Shown: positions 50,012-62,342 of the stretch, piece by piece
Position numbering within the stretch: position 1 is the stretch's first letter
Layout: each line of letters begins with the position of its first letter
Assembly: GCA_951406725.2 (NCBI GenBank)
Contig: OX597839.1
Coordinates: 9,424,001-9,488,000, forward strand
Source: Octopus vulgaris
Lineage: Eukaryota
Length of the DNA: 64,000 bases
Direction of reading: 5' to 3'
Made by a program: the position numbers and the translations under genes
Notes under the pieces: generated by a model
The model's database searches: none
The model's input: only the letters and a program-made list of their open reading frames with translations
Told to the model about the DNA's origin: nothing

Positions 50012-51286
50012 TGTTATGATATCAATAAAATGGAGTGGCTGTGTGGTAAGTAGCTTGCTAACCAACCACATGGTTCCGGGTTCAGTCCCACTGCGTGGCA
50101 TCTTGGGCAAGTGTCTTCTACTGTAGCTCCGGGCCAACCAATGCCCTGTGAGTGGATTTGGTAGACGGAAACTGAAAGAAGCCTGTCATATATATGTATA
50201 TATATATATATGTATGTGTGTGTTTGTGTGTCCCCCTAGCATTGCTTGACAACCGATGTTGGTGTGTTTACATCCCCGTCACTTAGCGGTTCAGCAAAAG
50301 AAACCGATAGAATAAGTACTGGGCTTACAAAGAATAAGTCCCGGGGTCAATTTGCTTGACTAAAGGTGGTGCTCCCGCATGGCCGCAGTCAAATGTCTGA
50401 AACAAGTAAAAGAGTGAAGAGAGAGAGGTCTCCCACAAGGACTGAATAAACGATTTCTTGAAGTCCTTCGGCAATGGGAATTCAAGAGCACAGAATATCG
50501 AGGTTGTAGCATGTCTGTACTAGCTTTGGTTTAAAACACACAGTTTTGATCAAAGGGTTGGCTCGGACAACACTATAAATTTACAGCTTTACTCATTCTG
50601 TGATTGGCTGAATAAACAAGCTTCCTCAAACAGGCGCTCTCTGCTACGTCCGATTGTCACTTATATAATGCGCCTGGCAGGCGGCGAGCTGGCAGAAACG
50701 TTAGCACGCCGGGTGGAATGCATAGCCGTATTTCGTCTGTCGTTACGTTCCAAGTTCAAATTCCACTGAAGTCGACTTTGCCTTTCATTCTTTCGGGGTC
50801 AATAAATTAAGTGCCAGTTACGCACTGGGGTCGATGTAATCGACTTGATCCCTTTGTCTATCTTTATTTGTTCCCTCTGTGTTTAGCCCCTTGTGGGCAA
50901 CAAAGAAATACATATAGTGTGCCTGCTGCCATGTTTAAATGAGTTCCTTGTCTCGCTTCTCTAAAGGACTCCCGGCATACAGCTTTGCTCTATCGCGTTA
51001 ACACTGGTCTCTCTCACACAAGAACATCCTTCTTCCACGTGCGCCGGCAGTATAGACCAAACTCAATGCCACTATCTTATGCTAACTAGAAACACTTCTA
51101 TCAAGTCTCTTTCTATATACACAAAGCACAACAAATGTCTTCACACATTCATTCATTTGCCGCTACCACACTACAGTCATCTCTAGAAAACATTAACATT
51201 GTACTTAACCCACACTGCTGTGAATAAAGCTTTACTACTGAACAAAGTTGAATTGTTATTGGATATCACCACACAGCTATCGAACA
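50012..51286 (+). mobile_element. Probable solo LTR inside Gypsy gag, carrying SINE B (50031-50425) and SINE A (50678-50910)
   Basis: TGTT...AACA termini; flanks CACAAC/CACAAA; TATATAA near 50663; AATAAA at ~51223. Confidence 0.5.
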
Positions 51287-51338
51287 CACAAACACAGTTA
51301 GCAATGTCTGTCTGCCACACACTGCTATCACCAATTAC

Positions 51339-51821
51339 CTATTTCTTTATTACCCACAAGGGGCTAAACATAGAGGGGACAAACAAGGACAGACATAAGT
51401 ATTAAGTCGATTACATCGACCCCAGTGCATAACTGGTACTTATTTAATCGACCCTGAAAGGATGAAAGGCAAAGTCGACCTCGGTGGAATTTGAACTCAG
51501 AACATAGCGACAGACAAAATACTGCTGAGCATTTCGCCCAGCGTGCTAACGATTCTGCCAGCTCGCCACCTTGAAATATCCATAATACCTATTTCTTTAC
51601 TACCCACAAGGGGCTAAACACAGAAGGACAAACAAGGACAGACATAGGTATTAAGTCGATTACATCGACCCCAGTGCGTAACTGGTACTTATTTAATCGA
51701 CCCCGAAAGGATGAAAGGCAAAGTAGACCCGGGCAGAATTTGAACTCAGAACGTAGCGACAGACGAAATACTGCTGAGCATTTCGCCCAGCGTGCTAACG
51801 ATTCGGCCAGCTCGCCACCTT
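51339..51821 (-). mobile_element. Tandem pair of SINE family A
   Basis: 51339-51571 and 51588-51821; TGAAATATCCATAATA follows each copy. Confidence 0.92.
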
Positions 51822-52347
51822 GAAATATCCATAATAGCATCTACCAATTCGGTCGACTGAGTAGTAGAGCCCTGCTTTCTTATAGGCATTAAAATGGCTT
51901 GCACATTTGACGATAGGCAAGAGAGCAATAAGAGTTGTCTCAACATCGACACTTCGAGCCGGTTATCTTCTAATTTTTTCATTCTTATCTCTTAAGACTC
52001 CCTAATGAAGGAATTAGTGAAGACATTTTTGTTTGAACATAGAAATACGTTGCAAAATACCCGCTTTCATATCTTATAAGATGTGGAGTCAAAAGAGTTT
52101 GTAACCAAATCTTTGATTTCACTACTTAAAGTAGGTGGCAGAACACTGATTAAAAGGTGAAATTGGCGCATTACCAAAGAAATTTTATTTGATGCAAAAT
52201 TTGCTTTCAACTTTGAAAACCAATGCAATGCAAGAGTTAGAGATTAATACAAAATAGCTTCTAATCTAGTGGTTCTCAACTATTTTTTACCTACAGACCC
52301 CTTTAATTTATATTTTACTTTACTAGACCTCCGTAGCCATTCAGTGT

Positions 52348-53540
52348 ATCATCATCATTTAATAACCATTTTCCATGGCTTGTGTGATTTAACATGAGCA
52401 GGTCAACTGAGGAGCTGCAGGGGTTCCATTTCTGTTTTGACATGGTTTTTACACCTGGATGCCCTTCCTAATGCCAACTACTTTACACAGTGTACTGAGC
52501 ACTTTTATACAGCACTGGCACTGGTGCTTTTGTGTGACATCAGTACAGATGGTTTTTATGTGGCACCAGCACCCACAAGCCTACAAGATCAAGTACACTC
52601 AGCTGAAGAGGGATGCAGGGCATGTGCTTGTATGCAAGGGCGGCCATAATTTTACTTAGCTTGATGTGACTTCTCAAGCACAGCAAACCACCAGGAGTGT
52701 CAGCCCTTGTCATGGCAGTTTTGTTTGTTTGTTCCTTCTCGAGCCATATCTGGCTCATAAGGGCCGGTTTCCCGGTTTCCTTGGTGTATGGGACGCCGGT
52801 CCGTTGCAGGTGAACTGCAAGATGCAGGAGGAAAGAGTGAGAGAAAGTTGTGGCGAAAGAGTCAGCAGAAGTTCGACATTACATTCTGCTGGAGCCGCGT
52901 GGAGCTTAGTTGTTCCGCTCATAAACACACACATCGCCCAGTCTGAGATTCGAATCCACGATCCCTCGACTGCGAGTCCGCTGCTCTAACCACTAGGCCA
53001 TGTGCCTCCACTACATGGCAGTGAGACAAGGGCTGTGACTATTGAGGATATGTGAAGACTTGAAAGAAATGAAGTCAGTATGCTCCGCTGGATGGGTAAT
53101 GTCGGTGTACATATACAGCAGAGTGTAAGTGATTTGAGAGAAAAACAGGGTAAACTAGGCATCTGATGTAGTGGGCAAGAGAGAAGACTGAGCTGGCACA
53201 ATCATGAAATGCATATGAATGAAGACAGTTGCATCAAGAGGTGCCGATCTCTAATTGTAGATGGAACATGTGGAAGGGGTAGACCCAGGAAGATGTAGGA
53301 CAAGGTAGTGTGAAAAGATCTTTAGATGTTGGGCCTCACAAAGACGATGACAGGAAACCAAGACTCCTGACAGTTTGCTGTGCTTGAGAAGATACGCCAA
53401 GCTTAGCAAGAGTGCCGATCTCTAATTGTCAAAGGAACATGTAGAAAGGATAAACCCAGGAAGACATGGGACAAAATGGTGAAAATGGCTCTCCAGACAT
53501 TGGGCCTCACAGAGATGACAGGGGACTGAGATTCCTGGTG
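52348..53540. mobile_element. RTE LINE pieces in opposite orientations (52348-52712 minus; 53013-53540 plus, end duplicated) around SINE C (52720-53010, minus)
   Basis: GSETRAVT...RLERNEVSMLRWM...GRGRPRK; SINE C TSD CATGGCAGT. Confidence 0.8.
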
Positions 53541-53875
53541 GAGTCTTTAGTTGGATGAGGCTATAGTAGAAGACACTTGCCCAAGGTGTCATGCAGTGAA
53601 ACTGAATCCCAAACCATATGGTTGGGAAGCAAACTTCTTACCACACAGCCATATAAAAACAATGTAAACCCCTTACAGCTAAATGAAATTCAAATTTTGA
53701 ACACAAGTCATGGAGACAGACAAATATTACCTCATGCTTTGCAAAAATTCCATTATTATATTAAAATATTCATGAGCCAGCTTCACAGTAACTGTTTTGG
53801 AACTTCATCAAGTATCAAATTCATATTTCACAACTATTATCATAGCATCTTTTAGCTTTTACTAATGAAAATTTA

Positions 53876-54265
53876 ATCATCATCATCATCGTTTAACTTC
53901 TGCTTTCCGTGCTAGTATGGGTTGGACGGTTCGACTGGGGTCTGGGAAGCCTGGAGGCTGCACCAGGCCCAGTCTGATCTGGCAAAGTTTCTACAGCTGG
54001 ATGCCCTTCCTAACGCCAACCACTCCGTGAGTGTAGTGGGTGCTTTTTACGAGCCACCAGCACGGTGCCAGGCAAGGCTGGCAATGGCCACGATCGCTTG
54101 GTGCTTTTTACGAGCCACCGGCACGGTGCCAGGCAAGGCTGGCAATGGCCATGATCGGTTGGTGCTTTTTACGTGCCACCGGCACGGAGGCCAGTCGGGG
54201 TGGCGCTGGCAATGGCCACATTCAGATGGTTCTTTTACATGCCACTGGCACTGGTATCACAACTA
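53876..54265 (-). mobile_element. RTE 3'UTR/tail copy with four ~61-bp internal units
   Basis: GGTGCTTTTTACG.GCCACC.GCACGG repeated; (CAT)n at the left end. Confidence 0.85.
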
Positions 54266-54329
54266 CAATTTTCATTGATTTTTGAGCGATTTCGATTTCA
54301 GCGACTAAATTGCATTGAAAAAGCATCAA

Positions 54330-55270
54330 TACATCATGGTTAGCAGCATGCAACCTAAGCTGCCGCATTTCTGTGTCATTAAGATTGACAGTCTCTTCTA
54401 ATGGCATTTCACCGTATTACAAGTTGTTCCAAAATTACTTCCATGTTTTCCGCATTCTTTCATCTTAATTGAACAAATCTAACAAAAGATTACTTTATAA
54501 AAATTGTTTTCTCCTCAAAATCAATACTGATATAACAAATTGATTCTGCCATTTGCTCTTGATGTGCTAGATGTGGAGTAGAGCCAGACATGAACTCAAA
54601 ATATTTGGCCTTGTGAATGCCATGTAGCAATTTCTGGAGAATAACAGAATTCATCAGCTAATCATATTCATTTGCAAATTGTAATAACCCTCCGAAAATT
54701 TCCCAAATTGGTTTTCTCTTTCCCTCTGGAATTCCTTGCAATCATAAAATGCAAAAGTTTCAATTGCTAAAATTTATTATGCAATGGAATTCTACAGAGA
54801 ACATCTCCCTTTTTTGTCTTCTTTTTTTCTTAGCAATTTGAGCTTGAAGTTCTATGTCAATAATTATATTTTCTTAAATATTTCTTTCCGTTTCCTTCCC
54901 TTAAGTAAGGTAGATTCAATGACTTCTGTCACCTTTTCATGGAATGCTAAACCTCTTGGTGCGTTCCAGTGATTGAATCCATTTTCTTGTCTCATTGAAG
55001 ACTGATTGATATTTTGTAAAAACAGCAAACAACGAAAGTAAAAGAAACACTTTCCACTTTCCTCTCTAGAGAATGAACAAACTACGATCACCAAAATTCT
55101 TCCCAACATTCTGTTAAACCAGGTTTCAATCATTGAGGAAATTTGGGAAAGGAACAAGTGGCCTCTTACTATTTTGAAAATTACTTGAACTTAACGCAAC
55201 CATTTCTGTTTGCAGAGCATCTGATAAAATGATATCTTTTAATATTTTGTCAAACTCCAAGAAATGTGCA
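54330..55270 (-). mobile_element. hAT (Tip100/ZMYM-like, TTF-type zinc finger and DUF4371-like) transposase remnant
   Basis: Minus strand: CFFYFRCLLF; GFNHW...LAFHEK; IDIELQAQI; KAKYFEFMSGSTPHLAHQEQM (AKYFSI..DSTPD.SH.EQ-like). Confidence 0.7.
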
Positions 55271-55288
55271 TGGGGATGCTAAATTGTA

Positions 55289-55590
55289 TTGGGTTGTCCG
55301 GAAAGTTTGTGCCGATTTATAGTAGCTTACCTTTCCACTTATTTTAGAACATGGTTGAGTCCATAAAATAGGATTTGACTACACCTCCATTTAGAGCACA
55401 GTTTAAGCTATCTTTTCATGGAAGAAGGTTTATGTTCCTATAACCTGTGTTAATTTTGTAACCCTTTAAAATGGAAGATAAGAAAGTTCATTTTCGGCAC
55501 TTGATGCTTTGGGAATCAGACAGAAATTGCTGCAGCTCGGCTGGGATGTGTTACCCCACCCTCCATATTCACCAGATATTGCTCCTTCAG
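55289..55590 (+). mobile_element. 3'-truncated copy of the 30172 mariner derivative
   Basis: Same TIR and same internal fusion, MEDKKVHFRHLMLW joined to RQKLLQLGWDVLPHPPYSPDIAPS. Confidence 0.9.
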
Positions 55591-55927
55591 AATAGCTAAG
55601 CTAGGATTCAAAACCAATTTCATACATTGTCACACAAATCCAAGGTCAATTGTTTTGGTTGGCCTTTTTGCTCTGAGAGATTAAAGGAGATGCACTGACC
55701 TCTTGATCTTTCTTTGGGAATTCTTTGGTCAATTCTAATTAAGAACCCTATTGTTCTAGCTGATTTAATTCAGTTAACAGCAAGTTATAAAAACACAAGC
55801 AAATAGCTACCTGCCTCTCTTTGGCCAATATCTCTGGACAAATTGCAACCTTGTCAGTATGCTAATCAATGCTCGCAAAGGTAGACCTCTTAATGTATCA
55901 TTCTGTCTTGATTGTTTGACTCTGTTT

Positions 55928-56172
55928 GACGCAATGGCCCAGTGGTTAGGGCAGTGGACTCGCGGTCGGAGGATCGCGGTTTCGATTCCCAGACCGGGCG
56001 TTGTGTGTGTTTATTGAGCGAAAACACCTAAAGCTCCATGAGGCTCCGGCAGGGGGTGGTGGCGACCCCTGTTGTACTCTTTCGCCCCAACTTTCTCTCA
56101 CTCTCTCTTCCTGTTTCTTGACTCCAACTTCCTATGCAACTGCTGAACCTGGATGCGCATTCATCCATCCAT
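55928..56172 (+). mobile_element. SINE family D (C-like head, different tail), truncated
   Basis: Head TGGCCCAGTGGTTAGGGC...GGTTTCGATTCC; matches 58876-59266. Confidence 0.85.
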
Positions 56173-56341
56173 CCACAGTGAAGCTAGCTCCCACACACAA
56201 TGACCATGGAACCAGAGACAAATATTTTACTGCATCAACAAATAACAAAGTATGTGCACACAAACAAACAATTCAACACAGTTGTATGTCTTATATATTG
56301 TAACAGCTTTCATTATAATCATCTTCAACATTATAACAACA

Positions 56342-56705
56342 ATAGCACTATGACCCGACAACACCAGGTCATAGTGCTAGTGCATACATATACAGCTGCG
56401 TGCATGCGCACTTACACGTGAGTACTGTCCAAATCTCCGACCAATCACATACAGCTAGCTGGCATTCAATTGGCATATCAAGTTTTGGGCATTTTGATTG
56501 GGTTTTGGATAGAAAATTCGCAAAAAAGTCACTTCTATTGATTTTTTAATGGCTTTTCGGAGTGACTGGGGAAATGTAAATTTGTGCACGACCACGCTTG
56601 GACGGTTTTGAATGACCATAGAAAGTGCGAGCCCTCTAACTGAAAAATTGTGGATTTGTATAAAGGACACGCACGCAGACATTTTGCTGTTTATATATAC
56701 AGAGA
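56342..56705 (-). mobile_element. Non-autonomous Helitron-like element
   Basis: Minus strand starts A|TCTCTGTATATATAAA and ends in a 13-bp hairpin TAGCACTATGACC/GGTCATAGTGCTA with CTAT|T (variant of CTAG|T). Confidence 0.6.
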
Positions 56706-56870
56706 TAATAATTGACATCTAATAAATGGCCATTTTATTATTTAACCAAATATTGCTTTTCATTCATTTACACAAAACATCTTTGTCTATAGAACTGCAA
56801 AATTTATGTTGTTATAATTATTATACATGTAATTCATATTTTTTGAGGGAAAAAAAGATAAATCCATGTC

Positions 56871-57098
56871 TTTACCCTTTTGTTACTGTATTTATTTTGA
56901 GATGCTCTGTGTTTCTTCCAATTATTTTAAATATAACGAAGAATTTAGTAAAATAACTTAGTTATCATTAAGCTAGTATTAGGAACATAAATTGTGACTA
57001 AGATATGGTGGAAGATTTGAATTCAAAACTTATGAAAACAAGGCATTTATACTAAAGAGCCAGAGCCAGTTTCAGCCGGGTTGGTAACAAAAGGGTTG
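56871..57098 (-). mobile_element. P2 piggyBac-type MITE
   Basis: Reverse-complement match to 22301-22496. Confidence 0.85.
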
Positions 57099-57259
57099 AT
57101 CCCACATTCCACCCCAAAAAAGAATCAGTCTTTGTCTCTAGCTGAAAGTGATGAAGCTGATACTTATCCTTAGTTAGGAAATATTCAAGCAAACCAGCTG
57201 GATCTGCCTCAAACAATACCAGATTTTCCTGTGATGTGATCAGCCTGGTGCATTTTTTT

Positions 57260-57727
57260 AATCAGGTGTCAAAAGACATGGCACCTACTGAGCAGAAACC
57301 TTTGTCATGTCAAGTTCATTATGCAGAATATTCTCAACTCTCTCACAGAATATGCTAATAGCATTGACTATTTGATTTATAGTCAGTTGCCTGTCATCTG
57401 TCACCGCATAGTGAACACGATCAATATTTTCCTCGGTGATGGCAGTTGCAGAATGCTCAGACCTTGGGTCATCTTCAAGACTCTCCATTCCACTCCAAAA
57501 CTCAGCTGCCCATTTTTGCACTTTTTTTTCTTTTACTTATTTCAGTCATTTATTTGACTGTGGCCATGCTGGAGCACTGCCTTTAGTCGATCAACCAAAT
57601 CGACCCCAGGATTTATTCTTTGTAAGCCTAGTACTTATTCTATCGGTCTCTTTTGCTGAACCGCTAAGTTACGGGGACATAAACACACCAGCATCGGTTG
57701 TTAAGCGTTGTTGGGGGACAAACATAT

Positions 57728-57760
<33 letters not shown>

Positions 57761-58218
57761 CATATACACGACGGGCTTCTTTCAGTTTCCGTCTACCAAA
57801 TCCACTCTCAGGGCTTTGGTCGGCCCGAGGCTATAGTAGAAGACACTTGCCCAAGGTGCCACGCAGTGAGACTGAACCCAGAACCATGTGGTTCATAAGC
57901 AAGCTACTTACCACACAGCCACTCCTGCGCCTGTTGATAAAGGTGGAGCATTGTCCTCTAATGTAGCAAGCATGTCAGCATGAATGTCCTTGGGGACTAG
58001 ACCCTTTTTCTACGGGTTCTTGATAACACCAAAGGGTATCAATTTTCAAAAGAAGTCACTACTAGTTACTTTTAAAGTCTGAGCAGTCAAATGTCAGTTT
58101 ACCTGGAAAGAAAAAATGCATTTATTAATAAGAAAGGTTGAAATTATTGCATGCAAGATTTCACAGCTCTAGCATCTCTCCTTAATAGTCAGCCTATGAG
58201 TATTTCTGCTCATCCTTA
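57260..58218 (-). mobile_element. Mariner 5' part interrupted by SINE B (57525-57932)
   Basis: QKWAAEFWSGMESLEDDPRS...NILHNELDMTKVSAQ. Confidence 0.85.
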
Positions 58219-58234
58219 TTTAATAAAATAAATC

Positions 58235-58653
58235 GGATCTTTTCGATTTGAACAGCAGTTTTTAAAATAATTTCCAGGTAACTAAAAAATTTAAAACTTC
58301 GTATACTGGTAGAATGTGTTTATAAAACATCTTTTTCTCTTGGCTGTATTGAGAAAATTCTATAGTTTGTAAGATATTTGTTGTTTTTTATCTTCAATTT
58401 CTGCAATTTTAACCAATCAATGACGTCTATTGAGGTAAAAAAAAACATTCTGTGCCGTATGAATATGTCCCTCGTTTAAGAAACAGATTGGGTTTATTTA
58501 CATTTGTGAAGAAAAAAAGATACCCTTCCCCCACCCCTAACCCTAACCCTAAAACAGATTGAAATGCAATAGATCGATACTAGGGTCATAATTATGGGTG
58601 ACAATTTCATATGACACCGCTAGAAAAAATTGCCGTTCAAACCGTAAAGATCC
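58235..58653 (+). mobile_element. MITE with ~29-bp TIRs (GGATCTTTTCGGTTTGAACGGCAGTTTTT) and 8-bp TSD
   Basis: AATAAATC on both flanks; internal short (CCCTAA)n. Confidence 0.9.
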
Positions 58654-58875
58654 AATAAATCTCTTGATTTCTCCTCTGTCTCTCATAACAACAGTTTGTC
58701 ACAGCAGTACCTTGTCCTTGGGAGACGAAAAAAGTTAGTCTGCAAAATTAAATTTCATAAATGAGATGTTAATAGTTTTGTTTTTCTCTTAATTTTAATT
58801 TGTTGTAAAGAAAAAACTTTTTACAGTATGCCAAATGAACAAAAGGAAAATAACACAGGAAATTCAACTGGTGAC

Positions 58876-59266
58876 TGTTGGTGCTGTTGCTGTTGTTGTT
58901 GAGCGAACGGTCTTCGTCCCAGAGCTCGCAAGATGGGAGAAGTCCGAAACGTGGTCCTTTGCTATTCGTAAGACCTGCAGAAGAGAAAGCAGGTCAACCA
59001 CCGACACCGAGAGCATCGACGGATGGATGAATGTGCAACCAGGCTCAGCGGTTGCGTAGGAAGTCGGGGACAGGAAACAGGAAGAAAAAGTGAGAGAAAG
59101 TTGGGGCGAAAGAGTACAACAGGGGTCGCCACCACCTCCTGCCGGAGCCTCGTGGAGCTTTAGGTGTTTTCGCTCAATAAACACACACAACGCCCAGTCT
59201 GGGAATCAAAACCGTGATCCTCCAACCACGAGTTCGCTGCCCTAACCATTGGGCCACTGCGCCTCC
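58876..59266 (-). mobile_element. SINE family D, full length, (CAA)n tail
   Basis: TSD GACTGTTGGTGCTG. Confidence 0.9.
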
Positions 59267-60182
59267 AAGACTGTTGGTGCTGCCACCTACAGTTGCTTTC
59301 AGAGCAGGAGAGGGAGGGAGAGAGAGAGAGTTTACTAATAAATAAGAGAGGGTAATGTTTCTCTTTAGGGGAGAGAACTGCTTCAGGATTTGTAATTTTT
59401 TTAAACAAAAACAAAAAAGGTATGATGGTGGTGGAGATTAGAACTTTTTTGATTTCAATGTGAATACCAACTGTTTCAGAATGTGGAATATGGTAAAATG
59501 ACTAAAACAAATAAAAAAAAATGGCATTTTGGTGGTGATTGCTGTTTTTCTTTTATAGAGCGGGTGGGGTGACATGTAAAATACATCGATTTAATTTTTC
59601 TTCCTCCAAAAATTTGAATTACATGTCTTAGAATATAGAGTATAATAATATGAGAAGGAAAAAAAATTTCGATAGTGATGGCTGTTGTAAAGGTATGGGG
59701 ATAGGGAAGAGGTGGTGTGTTGTTAAAAAAAATTATAGATTAGATTCTATTTTTTATAAAAGGCTTTCCCACTATGATTTTGAAAAGCATGGTGCAAAAA
59801 TAAATTGAAAAATCTTGGTGAAAACAGAGAAAATCCATATTATGTGGGTGAGCTATTTTGAAATTCTACCAAAAAATATGTGGTAAGAAGTGTGCTTCCC
59901 AACCACAGAGTTCCAGGTTCAGTCCCACTGTATGGTACCTTGGTCAAATGTCTTCTACTATAGCCTTAGATAACATTTTCACAAGCTTTTTATCTTTCCA
60001 TACCAAAATGAGTTAACCACTTGTGGTGGAATGAAAGTCAATCTCACCCTTTTACTGGGCCAATCCAGATCCTTGGGCATATTCTTCCAATTGAGATAAA
60101 CTGTTTTGAATGTTGATGGAGAGAAAGAAAAAGCTGAGGGCTGCTGAAACAGTTGTCCATGTGATCATGGACAACTAAGTTG

Positions 60183-60420
60183 TGAACCGCTAAGTTACGG
60201 AGACGTAAACACACCAGCATCGGTTGTCAAACACAGACACACAAACATATACACACACACATATATATATACGACAGGCTTCTTTCAGTTTCTGTCGACC
60301 AAATCCACTCACATGGCTTTGGTTGGCCTGAGGCTATAGTACAAGATACTTGCCCAAGGTGCCACTCAGTGGGACTCAACCCGGAACCATGTGGTTCGTA
60401 AGCAATCAAGTTACCACACT
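60183..60420 (-). mobile_element. SINE family B, partial
   Basis: Match to the family B 5' portion. Confidence 0.85.
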
Positions 60421-60611
60421 CCTATATCTAACAGAGATATACATGACTACACATCAACCACATGCATATAACCTCATCTGTAGGCTCCACATAACAATAA
60501 CCAAAAAAATCCCAGCTTATCCAAAATTCTAAACAGAAATGTAAGTTATGGTCATAGCTGTCATCCACTGTTATCAGAAATTCCTAACAGAAAAGTAGGT
60601 TGGAGATATAC

Positions 60612-60830
60612 CTATTTCTTTACTACCCACAAGGGGCTACACACAGAGGGGACAAACGGATTAAGTCGATTACATTGACCCCAGTGCGTAACTGGTACTT
60701 ATTTAATCGACACCGAAAGGATGAAAGGCAAAGTCGATCCCGGTGGAATTTGAACTCAGAACGTAACGGCAGACGAAATACAGCTACGCATTTCGCCCGG
60801 CATGCTAACATTTCTGCCAGCTCGCCGCCT
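60612..60830 (-). mobile_element. SINE family A inside a degenerate Penelope remnant (~60480-61035)
   Basis: TSD GTTGGAGATATACCT; flank encodes LSKILNRN. Confidence 0.9.
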
Positions 60831-61904
60831 TTGTTGGAGATATACCTGCTATGCAGCTGTACACTAACAAGGCAACGGCCTCTGCCATTATCCAGCTACA
60901 CACACAGTGTTCCAATGCGGTCAGTACTGCTTCCCAGCTACAAGGTGTTAACTAAGCACCAAAACAATATTTTTATAGGAGACAAGAAGAACATTTGAAA
61001 AAAAAAAACTATATCATGCTACAGCCTCATTTTTATATATTATCAAACAAACTCTTAGGCTATTGTCTTAGCCTTATTGCACTCAAAGATTAATGAGAAA
61101 AAGTTGACCTCTCAGACTTTTTCATGGTATGTGTTGGTCAAAACAATCAGGGCAGTACAATTCCTACAGTTCTCAGCTGACTTAATTAAATTGGCAAAAT
61201 TATAAATTCACAAACAAATATTGTTTGATCTCTTTTAGCCGTCTGGCTGAGGATCTAGCTTTCTCTGTGTGTGTGCAAATGTAGACTTCTTATCATTTCT
61301 ATCTATTTAGGTTCTTTTATTGTCTTTCCCTAGTAGATGAAACTAGCTAACATACACAATGGAATCAGAGACAAATATTCTACTGCATCTAGAAAAACAC
61401 GTCTATATACAAATAACTCGAAGTTTATGTATAATCCTTTTGCTGGAAGAACTAGTATTTTCAAGAATATACACCCCACATCTGTGATGTTTTTATCACT
61501 TAATCTGTTTATCATAAAAAACCCAAATGTACTGGGTTGAGTCAAACAATTTCCGTTTTTTGTAAGCAAATTGTTACAACGCATTTTGAAATTCAGATGT
61601 TTAAAATTGAAATTAAAACTACTGTTTTTTAAAGAGCCTCATCTGTCGTTCATATTTAGACAGTGAAAGTGTGCACATCATAGTTTAATATTAAATTTCA
61701 CTTCCCTAAAATGAATAAACTGAAAGTGTATATTCGATGTGATGTTGTGAGTTTCAGAATGGAAAAAAAAACATCACAGGAACAGCAAGAAAAATATGCA
61801 GTGTTTGTGGCTAAGGCGTTATTCCTGACTAGCAAGTGCAAAATTGATTTTCAAAGTTTCACTTCAGAGATTCAACTCAGACCAGGACACTCATCAGATT
61901 TTGA

Positions 61905-62131
61905 TTAATCCTTTCGTTACTGTATTTATTTTGAGATGCTCTGTGTTTCTTTCAATAACTTTAAATATAACAAAGAATTGAGCAAAATAACTTAGATATC
62001 ATTAAGCTAGTGATAGGAACATAAATTGTGACTAAGGTTTGGTGGAAGATTTTAATTCAGAACTTATGAAAACAAGACATTTGTACTCAGAGCTAGAGCC
62101 AGTTTCAGCCGGGTTGGTAACGAAAGAGTGA
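61905..62131 (-). mobile_element. P2 piggyBac-type MITE
   Basis: Near-identical to 56871-57098. Confidence 0.85.
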
Positions 62132-62342
62132 AGTTGCTTTAAGAGAATTAGTGAAATTCAATCTTCATAAAAGTAATCAAGAATAAGCAGTTGACCTCAA
62201 CACATCCCAAACCACCATCTGCCACCAGTCGGAAACGATAGGAAGAGTCAGCAAACTGGCAATATCACATGTCCATAGCGATGAGTCTTTTTTCAAGACA
62301 GAGAAATTACTTGATTCTCAATGATATCACAACAGAAAATGA

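Larger units (their letters stand above)
46927..52240 (-). mobile_element. Degenerate Ty3/Gypsy LTR retrotransposon (gag, protease, RT, RNase H; no integrase seen), heavily interrupted
   Basis: gag WFSKL...VQAIL...ELVDAIMD; PR LLVSTGA and FGLLVDLKHKKLVD; RT WSSPLH.VPKK, KIDLVRAY, FAYIDF; NFYRRFIPH; RH RELLAAYFSVKHF..LEGR...YTDYKPL...ADALS. Confidence 0.9.

Noticed and set aside
54039-54250. CRISPR-like repeat-spacer pattern (also 17403-17560)
   Set aside because: The spacers are related to each other, the array is part of an RTE 3'UTR, the context is eukaryotic, and there are no cas genes.
54330-54650. Plus-strand L1 zf-RVT-like reading (CARCGVEPD)
   Set aside because: The minus strand gives several ordered hAT transposase motifs, which is a much better fit.
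58534-58552. Interstitial telomere (CCCTAA)n
   Set aside because: Only about three units, internal to a MITE and present in both copies.
60484-60540. Plus-strand exon (AG...GTAAGT)
   Set aside because: The translation LSKILNRN matches the Penelope linker motif seen at ~8910 and ~26310, so it is better explained as a transposon relic.
61330-61584. 84-aa hydrophobic minus-strand ORF as a channel exon
   Set aside because: It overlaps a segment duplicated at ~56180-56300 and runs into a stop with no convincing donor.
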